Below, one piece after another: positions 12,870 to 24,600 of a stretch of 64,000 nt of DNA. The notes beneath the pieces were generated by a model. That model searched no databases and had not been told where the DNA came from. It worked only from the letters and a program-made list of their open reading frames with translations. Location: the NCBI GenBank assembly GCA_051362555.1, contig CM120643.1, positions 17,426,848 through 17,490,847 of the forward strand, in the 5' to 3' direction. The position numbers and the translations under genes were made by a program. How positions within the stretch are numbered: position 1 is the stretch's first letter; every line of letters begins with the position of its first letter. This DNA comes from Lingula anatina (taxonomy: Eukaryota > Animalia > Brachiopoda).

Positions 12870-15800
12870 ACATACCCCCTATATCCGCCACTGGTTTATT
12901 CGGCCACCGTCTCTTTCAAAAATGAAAAAATGACATGATTCTTATATTAAAATATGGACATTTGAGTTACTTTAATACATTATTTTATAATGAGGGTGGA
13001 AATCACATTTTATCATATATTTAAATGCGTTTAGACTTTTTATTCAATGTTTACATTTTTTTTCGTTGTAATATGTACATAGTCATGCAAATATTGCTAA
13101 GTGAAACATTTTTTTATTGCTGGCATTTTCCTATTCCTTTGCACACAGGTATGTCGTCCTGCCTGGCTCTATTTGGCGGTTTGGTGGCCGACACGCTGAC
13201 TGGGCACTATTGGACCATCTGCTTTGGCTTCGGACTTTACATCATAGGTATGGCCAAGTTGTGGAGTAACGCCTAGCGATGGAGAAGAATAAAAACTAAA
13301 AATATGGGTGTGTCGGGGGCGTGGGGGGTGGGTGGGGGGGTACGGTGTATACATGCGAATGTACCTCCAAAAAAGAATGTTTCTTGAAATGAAATGCGAG
13401 TGTTTTTTCCTTTTAATTGACTATGTCTTAATTTACCATGTTCTATTAAGAAGTATCTCTGATATTATTTGTGGGCACATTCAAAACGTCGTAGATATCT
13501 AGAAATGGGAACTGTATGTTCTATACATGGGGTGTCGGTTTGCTCGAAAGACTTTTCCCTTTTGTACACTATCGTCATTTTGCGAAATAAAAATGTCTGA
13601 ACTGGTTCACTTTTATAATTAATTTAGGTTCAATTCTAATGGAGATAGCTGCAGTTTCAAAACAGGTATTTATTTAGCAGTTTCAGTCCCTAAAATCATT
13701 TAAACTATATTTTTTAATCTAGGACCCACCAAATGAATGAGCCGTCCTGTTGATTTCTTTTGAAGTCACAGTATAAGTTATTGAACAATCGTGTCTAAAA
13801 GGCTAATGAAATAAAGTGGTTAATCTCACTGTGGGCGTCCAGGTGTTACAAAATGATTTATGCCACTTGTTTCTTATATGGTTCTGTCTTTCATATTTCC
13901 CACAAGTGAAAAGAGACAAATTTAAATCTAAATTTTCTTGTACAGACATGTCACTTACGTACATTACAGCGAAAAAAATGTATATTTCTTCATTGCAGGT
14001 TGCCACCCAACAAAACTTGATCATGTCTGCTATGGTTTTTGTTGTCCTCGGAAAGAGTGGACTTAACGCTGTCCTGCCAGTGTACGGAGCTGACCAGGTC
14101 CACTCACGGGTCAAGAAAAGGGATTTTTTACACTGGTGTGTTCCTATGAAATAGCTGATAACGTTGAGTTTTGGCTGTGTTGATGCATTGGAAAAAGATA
14201 AAAAGTCAACGCTCGGTTCTAAAACAATGACACTTTTTATAATTTCTTTTCAGTATTGCCAAGTGCAAATAAAGTAAGCGTTTACATTATAACTCCGCCT
14301 TTCTACTTTCCAATATTGATGACTACTACATTAATTTATGACTCTTAATGTAGCCTACTATCTACGTAAGATATTAATGTCCTAATGCTTCAAGAAGCAA
14401 AGGATGATTTTCCTGGAAATCTGTTAATTGCTAAAGCAACTTTTCCTTGTCACTGAGTAACGCCCTATCATAACCGCTGAGAAAATTTATGATCTATTTA
14501 ACTTATTTCCGAGTTCCTAATTAATATTTAAACGACACGAGCAAAATTCACCACTGATAATATCAAAAACAGTTTTATTGATTGCAATTCTGTGAACAGT
14601 GTTGGATGGGATGTATGGTGATTAAGAGGGACATTTTGCTATGTATACTGTTTATTATAATTAATCGAATTTATTTCAGGTTTTATTTCTTCAGAAACGT
14701 AGGGGACGCCCTCGCAAATGTTGTTGCAGGCCTCGCGTTTGGACTTCTACTGCCAGACACTCATCAGTTGTGGAGGTTCCTCCCTACGATTCTATCGGTG
14801 GCTTTGGCTTTTATCTCCTTTTTAGTTGGCTCCAAGTACTATATGGGTAGCAATGTTCGCTGTAAGTGCTTATCACTCGTATCTTGATAACAGACATTTT
14901 ATAACGAGTCAAGTGTCATTAAAAGGAGGCGTTTCGCGTTTAATCCTTTTTCCTCGCGGATTTTGTTTTTAATTGACATTATAGTTCATATTTTCTGCAT
15001 TTTACTTAATTTTGATATGTGGTCATATATGATACTAACATCTACATTTTTGTATAATTTCTTAGCACAGATTCCCTTCATTTTAGATTTTTAAGAAATA
15101 TAATGGACCTGCTGGAAGACAAATATTGGTCCATGGCCCTATTCACGCATGCGTGCTCATTAGCAAAGAGCGTTAAACCTTAACATGGCAAAATATTAAT
15201 TTTTTTCTGAAAATATCTACACTTTTGCCATTATCGCCCAGGACTTCCAAAAATGTTGTCAAAATCACGATCTATACCCCCGTTTTATGTGTACTTTTGA
15301 AAGTTTCTTGCTTTTCATTGTCGTAATGTGATTAAAGACTGAAAAAATTCACTCGTTCATGACAGTATATAATTAAGATATACAACGAAAATGGTTTTAA
15401 TAAGACCGTCATTACCTCAACAGTTTTAAATGGTTTATATCCTGGTGATATAGGGAAAATTGTGGAGATTATTGTATGGGAATTTTTATACTACAGTGAA
15501 GGTCTTTTAAATGTCTAGTTGAACTATAGTTCACTTTTCATTTCAGTAAAAGAGTCGTGGAAAGTGATATCAGTCGTGTGTTCGTGTTGCCCCATCACGA
15601 GCCGGATAAGGTCTGGGTCACGTCGAATGTCGCTCGGTGTTAACGTGAAATCGATTAAAAAAGCCATAGCCGAGAAGAAAAAGAGGGTTAGAAGGATGGT
15701 ACAAATTCTTCTTGTTAACTCGTCTGTTTTTGGTTTCGGTATACTTTATTCACAGGTGAGTGGGTCTCATATATCACAGTAGGAAGTGATAAGTCGATAA

Positions 15801-16292
15801 AAAATACAACTATCCAGTTTTAGCAATGGTATACCATCCACTTGCATTTTTTTTTTGTTGTTGAAATTAATCCTCGAAACTGATGTGTGATCTGACAATG
15901 AGAAACACCAAAATCGGCAGCACCCGAGATGTACTGCAAATATAACAGGATCAAATATTTTTTTCATTCGTACATAAAAATGGTGGCCTCAGTTAAGCAT
16001 TAGAATCTCTGTAGTCTTTAGAAAACATACTGTTATTCTTTATTTATATTTTGTTACATTTTTTCGCTTTATTCTTCAGATGTTAACGACCTATGAATTC
16101 CAAGCGAGAGGAATGGATCGAATGATAAACGGAAATGTTACCCTTCCAATCCCAGAAACGTGTATGCTTGCCTTTAATGAGCTCGCCATACTAGTGTTTA
16201 TTCCCATACTTGTCAAGTGCATTTATCCTTGTATTGAAAACCGAGGGCGTTCGACAGGCTACTTTACGAGAATGGGTATGGCCTTCTTTTTA

Positions 16293-16371
<79 letters not shown>

Positions 16372-17804
16372 AAGTCAACCATTTGGCATGTTTAACATGA
16401 CATGAAAAATGTCAACATAAAATGAATTCGTGTGATGCGATAAATACATAACTTTTTCATTCATTGTATGAAACAACTTTGCTGCACTTGTGTGCTGCAC
16501 TCTCTGTTCTAGCTGGCTTTGCTTCCTCTCCTTAGGGTTTGGAGTTGTGTTTGCCGCACTCTCTATTCTCTCTGATTTTGCTTCCTTTCCCCAGGGTTCG
16601 GAATGGTGTGTGCCGCACTCTCTGGTCTATATGGTATCATACTGGAGGTCTCGCGACAGCAGTCGTGTCATCAGTTTGACGGTGTCCCCAAACTGAGCGG
16701 GCTGTGGCAGGGGCCTGAATACGCAATCATTGGCCTAGGGGAGACGTTGACATTTATAGCAGGTGTTGTATGCTTTTTTTTTCTCATTTTGAATAGCTAA
16801 TTTAGGTCTGCCACTTACACCCTTGGTTTCAGGTTTACTTTAAATTCAATACTGTAAGCACTTTTCCACTAGAAACGGTAGAGGCATACTGATTATAAGG
16901 TTGAGTTTCCAGTACTCTTATTATGCGATTTAACCCCCATAAGAGGTAGGGCTACACATGAATAAAAAAAAGCGACAAATTTTGAAGGTCTTTAAATACT
17001 TTTAAAATGGCAAAAGGAATGTTCTTAGTGCAGTAAGTGCATTAATTCATATTAATTTATTTTCTGATCTACAATTTTTACCTACAGCAATGGAATATTC
17101 TTATCTGGAAGCACCAACGGGTTTGCGGGGCACGGCTATGGGTTTGTTCAACTTGGGATTTGGCTTGTCCTACTGCGTAGCGCTCATAGTGGTAACAATA
17201 GTGGATAAATTAACGGGTGAGTGCGTATTGTGGTCGGTGAGATTGAAAATCAGGCTGTGGCAAAAACTTTTATCCTATACTAGATTTTTTGGACACCAGG
17301 ATCTAAGCATTAATTAAATTCCCCAAAGTAGATGCAGTGGTCAGTGTCTGATTGATCTGACATTATATGATTAATCTGAAATTCTCAGTTTCGCTGGCCT
17401 TTGGTCTGGGGTCAGAGTATTTTAACTTCACAGACGAGTTTTTTATACCATGCAAATTTTAATATTCATTTAACGGTTGTTGTTTTTTAAAATAATAAAG
17501 TAAATATCAGTAATAACCTGTAGTTTGTTTCTTGTCCCTTCATTGTTAATTTCCACTGTCCTTTGTCATAAAAATAATATTAATTTCTTTAAAACTCTTT
17601 CTTTTTTTTTTCCATACCATTTTCCTAGACTGGTATACGGTGGATCTCAAGGACACATGCCTGACACACAATATAGGTCACTTGGAGCGGTATCTCCTGC
17701 TTTTACTCGGCTTTCTCGCTCTGTGTGCGATATCATTTGTGATAGTTGCGTTTTACTTATCTTCCCAGAAACGCAAATCTGCGGCGACGACGTCGACGTC
17801 ATAG
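11198..17804 (+). CDS. SLC15/POT family transporter, SLC15A4-like paralog 2; 10 coding exons, ~537 aa
   Basis: Exons (1614 nt, open frame): 11198-11477, 13149-13247, 13628-13665, 13999-14135, 14680-14861, 15547-15755, 16080-16275, 16595-16762, 17088-17216, 17629-17804. Motifs: NLFERLAFF (ExxER-like), FGGLVADTLTGHYWTI (PTR2), YGADQ, WFYFFRNVG, RMGFGMV, WQGPEYAIIGLGE, MEYSYLEAPTGLRG, NIGHLERY. Exons 2, 5, 7 and 9 match paralog 1 in length (99, 182, 196, 129 nt). Confidence 0.9.
11514..11620. mobile_element. Short MITE related to family A
   Basis: TAA flanks and termini GAGACCATTCCCA..TGGGAACTCGGTC; its first ~60 bp recur at 57747-57806. Confidence 0.7.
12134..12893. mobile_element. Non-autonomous DNA element with CAG..CTG termini and a 5-bp target duplication
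   Basis: CAGGGGCGGA .. TCCGCCACTG (9/10 inverted match), flanked by a direct GTTTA on both sides; subterminal poly-G and poly-C tracts. Confidence 0.7.
16293..16369. repeat. (CT)n(CA)n compound microsatellite
   Basis: Read directly from the sequence; it starts ~17 nt into paralog 2 intron 7. Confidence 0.95.
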
Positions 17805-17876
17805 CCGTCGACTAGCTCGAGAAGGAAAATTGACTGACATTTAAAATACCTGCTTGATCCTAGCTGACATCTAGTT

Positions 17877-18139
17877 TAAGGCTTCGTTCACATGCAATGT
17901 CTATTTTCTAAATTCTATTTTCTATTTGCGGCATGTCTTATGATCACGGTCTGTGCACTGAATATCCCGCCGCGTAATTACTGGCAGCGCGAGCCAGTTA
18001 CTATAAGTTACTATAAGTAACTGGCTCGCGCTGCCAGTAATTACGCGGCGGGATATTCAGTGCACAGACCGTGATCATAAGATAGCGCGAATAGAAAATA
18101 GAATTTAGAAAATAGACATTGCATGTGAACGAAGCCTTA
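17877..18139. mobile_element. Fold-back palindromic MITE (~125-bp arms, ~13-nt loop)
   Basis: taaggcttcgttcacatgcaatgtc..gagccagttact is the near-perfect reverse complement of agtaactggctc..gacattgcatgtgaacgaagcctta, with one small mismatch bubble. Confidence 0.85.
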
Positions 18140-18161
18140 GGGTTTAGAGTAAAAACTTTAA

Positions 18162-18476
18162 GGGATAAGAACTGTTCATTTCGCCCAAAAATAGATTTTC
18201 CTTGGGTTATCGACAAGTTTCCCGTACCTACCAATGGTTCATGAATCCGTTCCGACATTCAAAGTCCCCGTTTTTTTTTTTCTTCCAAAGTTTGGTTTTC
18301 TGTAATAATCTCTTAAGAGCCATCTATCGAGGTCACATGGCCAGATGGCAAGCACAAATTCCAGAATAATTGTGATAGCCATCACCTTAGTGGTGAAATA
18401 TAATTTAATATATTTATATGAGTTGTTAACATTGTGCATATTGTGAAATATGAATCTCATATAGAGTTGTTATCCC
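18162..18476. mobile_element. Kolobok-like MITE, same family as 2013-2338
   Basis: TTAA flanks and GGGATAA..TTATCCC termini. Shares internal blocks with the 2013 copy in reverse complement (atatttcacaata..aacaactcata; ggccaYgtgacctc..gatggc). Confidence 0.7.
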
Positions 18477-18755
18477 TTAAAGACGTTAATTTGAATTGTG
18501 GGGCAAAATGTATTGGTAAATATCATTCGCCGATGCCCGAAGTATTTGTAACAACAAATATAAGCGAGTGATAGAAACATTTTAATTTGATGCTAAACAT
18601 CTACCTTGAAGTCTGCAGCTAACGAGAAAATGACACTGGTATACTTTGTATAACCATTTTGCCATCATTTCTATGTGATATTTTTGTTAATGTTAATAAC
18701 AATTATTATTCAACTATGATAACCAAGACTGATTAACACTTTAATATTACTATCG

Positions 18756-18761
18756 TTTATT
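18756..18761 (-). other. Candidate Nkd polyadenylation signal (would give a ~1.9-kb 3' UTR)
   Basis: AATAAA on the minus strand; other signals are possible. Confidence 0.3.
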
Positions 18762-19468
18762 TGCTAAAACACAAGATTACAATGTACAATATTATACAAA
18801 CAAATGTACACATTATTAATTACAAACCAGTCAAACAAAGGAGTGTGAATTTTATAACAATAACCGAACACAACTGCTCCGCCACGACTCTACCTTCAAC
18901 TTAATTAACTATTTGAACCCAGATGTGCCGGTCATCAGTTCTAACCACAATTACAGTTGGTGTCTTGAGAAAAAAACAACCAGTATTCTTCTGTCAAATT
19001 AAATCCAATTTTTTTAAACGTACATTAAATAATTTACATATTTTACCAAGTAGTACATCAGACATAAACTGTTCAGTGGCTTACCATGGTATTACAGGTA
19101 AAGGGGTGACTTATGGGTGCGAAAAACACCACAAAATGGATCTTGATTATACTTTCTGTGCCTTTATCTGAGTGTGCAATATCAACTTCACCTTTTTTTA
19201 CTTATTCAAACAATTTTTCCAACTAAACAATGAATGTCTGACATCCCCAATGGATTTTCAACTCTCACTATAAGTCCTCCCACTCTAAGTCCCTTAACGT
19301 AAGTGAACTTTCTTATTTTTTTCTTACAACCAAAGAAGTTTACAAGTGTTAACCATTGTGTAATACTTATAAATCACATACCTTGTTTCAATTTGATACA
19401 AATCCTCCTTTGCCTTTTACAAAGAAAAAGAAGTGAACTGAAAATCTTAATCTGCCATCTCAACTTGG

Positions 19469-19471
<3 letters not shown>

Positions 19472-19519
<48 letters not shown>
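19472..19519. repeat. (AT)n microsatellite, probably in the Nkd 3' UTR
   Basis: Read directly from the sequence. Confidence 0.95.
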
Positions 19520-19521
<2 letters not shown>

Positions 19522-20667
19522 CACCAAGGTCAGTGGCCATATGTAAATAACTTCTCAGAGGAAAATTAAAGTACCATTCAACTCATTTGATAAACAAAAA
19601 GAACAACCAATCTCTTAAAGTATGAGGTAGTACCACTGAAGACTGATAAAGTGATATAATACTGCAGCCTAACATGTAACAGACAATTAAATTAATCCGA
19701 TATCTAAATTTCTACATTTGGCATGATTTGTTTGTCATAAAAAGGAGTGGATAACAGAAGTAGTTGAATATTACATCACAGTTTGCCAACAAAGTTACAA
19801 CCCAATGATTTCTTCCCTTGCTATTTTCCATGGGAAGGTAAAATCGGCAATTGTACTTAAATACAACAACTGGTATTAAAGAAAAGAAATGGTAAAAGTT
19901 GGCCAAACCCTGTTAAAAAATAAGAGTCTCCTTACTCTTCAATAAATAAACACTGGTTATTTACATTACATATATACATGAAAGTATGCTTCACCCTGTA
20001 GACTTCAAGTTTTCCTACAACATTCTCCTACAACTTTTAACTGCTCCCATTTGTCTCAAAAGAAATATCATGTTGGTGTTGACAGGCAATCCCCCCCCTC
20101 CCCCAAACACAACATATCCGGCATATAAATCTAAAAATACTGCAAAGGATTTTTTACATTTATGCCTACGCTGGTATGTAACCTGTTCAGAAAAAAAGTC
20201 TACATCAATCATAATGTGTATAAAATGAAAATTGTTATATTTGGTAGGAAGCTCACAACTGGAGAAAGAATTTCCGTCCCTGACAGTTTTCTTTGGCAAG
20301 ATGTGGCCAAGTATTGCTATCCAGTGAACGGGAGAGTCCCCTTTTCATGTCCCTGATGTACCTCACTGGCAAACTTTGACACAACACTTTTGTCAGTGAC
20401 ATTATAGTCCAAACATTAGAGAGAGTTGAACTGTTGCAAAACTTCAATTTGCTCACTCATATATTTTGAAGAAAAGTCTCTTTTGCTGACTGCATAAAAA
20501 AAAAGACCAAAATAAATAATTTTTATTTATAAAACAGACTATTCCAAGTGCTCTGATATAATACCTAAACTTCAAGTATCATCTCGCAAAGAAAAAAATC
20601 CAAGTCAAATATCCCTTAGCAACCAAAATTCTTGGGAAAATCCACCATCTGGTTGCCATGGTTACTT

Positions 20668-21595
20668 TCATGAAGTGGCACCACCAGCTGCACCACCTGC
20701 ACCAGTGTAATGGTGATAGTGGTGATGATGATGATGCTCATGGATATGATGGTGCTCATGTTTCTGTATCACCAGCTGCCCATTATGCTCCTCAACAGAA
20801 CACTCTTTCTCCAGCCACTGCGACACATGACGCATGGCAAGCCTGTGGTCACGATCTCGGTGTTTGTGCCTGCGCTGGTAGTGCTGGTTGTGATTGGCTA
20901 CCTCATGGACAGGCAGAGGTCGGTTTGACCCTGACCTGACCTTTGGGCTAGAGGAATATTTCGGAACCCGTCGACTTTTTGGGGTTCGAGGAAGATTTTC
21001 ATAAATTGGGCTGGCTTTGGTTCCCATTGCTGTAGCCCCCTCAGCAGGGTTACTATACTGTTCTGAGGCATTTACATAAGTTCCATCCAAGAAGTACTGA
21101 TAAGAAACATCCTGTGACCTTGACCTGAAATGACCTTGATGCTGGGATTGATGGGATATCTGCTGCTGTTGACGCTGCTCAGTTCGCACAATACTGTGAG
21201 ATTTAGAACGCATATCCCGAGACTTACTCCTACAACTGCCAGAGTTTGTGAGTATTGCTGCCGGAGCAGACGTGTTATGCAAAGAAGACACTGTGGGGTT
21301 ATTATCAATCCCTGCTAGGTCTAGATAATAATTTCTCCTTTCTTGATTTTCTTTCACTTCTGTTCTGCTCTCTTTACTCGAGTTGCGGTGTTTCCGTCTC
21401 TCAGAAGAATGCCTATCCCGCGAGTGACTCCTGTTGCTCTCCCCATGGTGCAATCTGTGAATAAGGCAAAAGATCAGTCAGAAACCGAAGAACAATTGTT
21501 AAACTGTTGGACATCAATTGTGGCATGCTATCTCGAGTTATATTTTGTAAAATGCTATGTTGGACAATGTGTAAATTCAGGTTTAAATTAACACT

Positions 21596-21645
<50 letters not shown>

Positions 21646-24600
21646 AAACAGCAATTAAAAGAAAAGAATTTTCAAAAGTATTGACATCAACAGAAAAACA
21701 ATTTTATTTTTAGAACAATTTACTTGATAATGATCAACAACTAATAAGCAAAGAAAAAACCAAGACGAAAACAAAGCCTCAACCTCTGTACTGCAGAAAA
21801 TGTGTTAGTTGAGATTCAAAAAGCACAGTCACTTACTTGAGTTGTTCCTGCCTCAGCTGATGCCTCTCCATATTCTTCTGTACAAGTTCTGCCAGATGGC
21901 GCTGTTCCTGTGAGCTAAATTTTGGTTTTCTGGGCCTAAGTGGAGGGGGGCTTTCCTTCCCAGGGGCCTCCATGGCTTCAATGTTTTTCTCTGGCACTTT
22001 CACTGCCAGATTACTTGCCTTTCCACCACTGAGCAAAATGTCACAATTCTCATATTCCTTCATGTGTTTAGGAGTTGCCAGGCTTCCAGAAAGTTTTGAA
22101 CTTGATGATTGCTTTTCCGTGAAACTTGAAGTAGATAAGTTTTCAGCCAAATGAGGAAGAGGTAAGTTTTCCGGCACTTTTGGAGAGGATATATCATCTG
22201 ACAGTCTTGGAGTGGATAAGTCTACAGTGAGCTTTGGAGTTGACAAATTCTCCGATTCCCGTGGCACTAATGGTGGAGTTGGCGGTGTTTCCTTTATTTC
22301 AATATTCAGTCTGTTTTCTTGGAAGCTTTCAACATTTGCATTGTTTTCCTTGGATTTCTCTGGAGAGATTGTAAGTCTTAGTTTCAAGCTCTTGTTTCCA
22401 TTTTCTGGGAGTTTCACTGTGGAACCAACAGCATCATAAAGTGACTTCATCAAGGTAATCAAATCCTGAAATGGACAGAAAAAACACATAAATAAAAGCA
22501 TTATTAACCTTAATTTTTTACATTTACAAAACACTATAATTTTGCCAATTTCATGCCAAATTAATGTCTCTACTGAGAAGCTATTCTAAATGAAAACAAG
22601 GCAGCAAAGCTGTCAAATGTACAGACAAAAAACAGGAAATAACTATGCACAAAATAGGCTACTGTCAATTCTGATGCAAAAATACATTATGTTAAACTGA
22701 AAATTCAACATCAAATTTTAATTATCCTCAACAGGTAATACCAATGTAATTAAAATATGTGACAAGTTTACACTTTGAAAATGTATAACTTCCAGAAAAA
22801 GAAGTTCCTTAGACTGCTTTTCCAACTCAGACTGCATTTTAGTCCTGTATTTCTTTTTTGAAAGTTTGGCAATCATAAGTAACATGGTTTTCCCATAATG
22901 GTCATCATGGCAGCAGCACCCAAAATTGTGTTTTCTTCTATTCTGATGCAATATTACATAATGGTTAACAGCATAATAACTCAATTTTAATAATAAAATA
23001 TACGTATCATGGATTTTCAGAAAATGTGACTAGCATGGGTCTTCAAGCCCGTGGAACTTCAAAGTCACACCTTGAAAATGCCAATATGTGAAAAATTAAA
23101 TTTTCACAAAATAACTGTTTACTGGCAGCAAGAATTACCAAACAGACTGTATTTCCTACTGAAGCTGTATTTTAGTCCCATGTTTCTTTCCTGTAAGTTT
23201 GAGAACAGTAAATGACATGGTTTTTCTTAAATGGTCATCATGGGAGCAGTGCCCAAAATAGTTTTTTTTTTTTCAAATTTTGATGCAATATTACATAATG
23301 TTTAACAGCATAATGACCATCAACTTTAATAATAAAATATTAGAATTATGGATATTCAGAAAATGTGACTAGCAAAGGTCTTCAGGCCCATGGAACCAAA
23401 ATGTAAACGAGACAGCACTGTTCTGAAATGTTTTTTTTTCCATTTTTAACAATTTTTAACATAAAACAAAATTATCAGTTTTCTGCCGTTTTTTATATGA
23501 TAAACTAAGAAAATTGATGAGATGGGAAAAATATCAACAGAGCAGTGTTAAATGTCCAATCTCTTCCATTCTGAGATTCTGAACATAGTGAATGATTGAA
23601 TCTGACAAACTGCAATGATATGAGTTTATTTCCATTTTTGAAACTTTATTACACAATACACGATAACAAGTTTACCATCATTTTTACATAATCAACTAAT
23701 AATGTTGTAAAATTGCAGGAAATGCCAAACAAACACTTTTACGTATCTTATTAGTTCAATAATGAAACTGTTTACATGCCTAAGAATTAAATCTGAGGAA
23801 ATGTGAAAAAACTGCATTTCTTTAAAATAATGGCCCGATTATGCTGATTTTTTAACTCAACCTGCGTTTTAGCAGGAATGACCACTCCTGTGAGTTTAAT
23901 GACAATTGGCCTATCTGTTTTTCTTATATTGTGTTTACAGTGTTGCATAGGTGCTGAAAAGTGAAAAAAAAAGCATAACTACTAAAATAGTGGCCCGATC
24001 ATGCCGATTTTCGAACTTGACCTGCATTTTATGAATATTCTTCAGCTCTGTAAATATACAGCCAAAAAGTAAAACTGCCTTCCACTTATCGTGTTTACAA
24101 TGAAAGTGCATGGCGCCGGCGACAGCGACAGTGACGGCAACGACGGCGACGACAGACGCAGGTGATGGCAATATGTACAGACACATCTGTACACATTAAC
24201 TGTACTGTTTGAGAACAGTTAGTGACATGGTTTTTCTTAAATGGTCATCATGGGAGCAGTGCCCAAAATAGGTTTTTTTCAAATTTTGATGCAATATTAC
24301 ATAATGTTTAACAGCATAATGATCATCAATTTTTAATAATAAAATATTAGTATCATGGACAAATAGTAAACGTGACTAACAAAGGTTTTTAGGCCGATGG
24401 AACTTCAAAGTCACACCTTCAAAATGCCAAAATGTAAACAAGACTGCACTGTTCTGAAATGGGTTTATTTCCATTTTTAACACTTTTTTAACATAAAAAC
24501 AAAATTAATAGGTTACTGCCATTTTTATAAGATCAACTAAGAAAATTGATGAGATGTGAAAAATATCAATAGAACAGTGTTAAATGTCCAATTTCTTCCA

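Noticed and set aside
14918-15510. Possible additional TTAA-flanked MITE in paralog 2 intron 5
   Set aside because: The terminal inverted repeats are too weak to define by eye.
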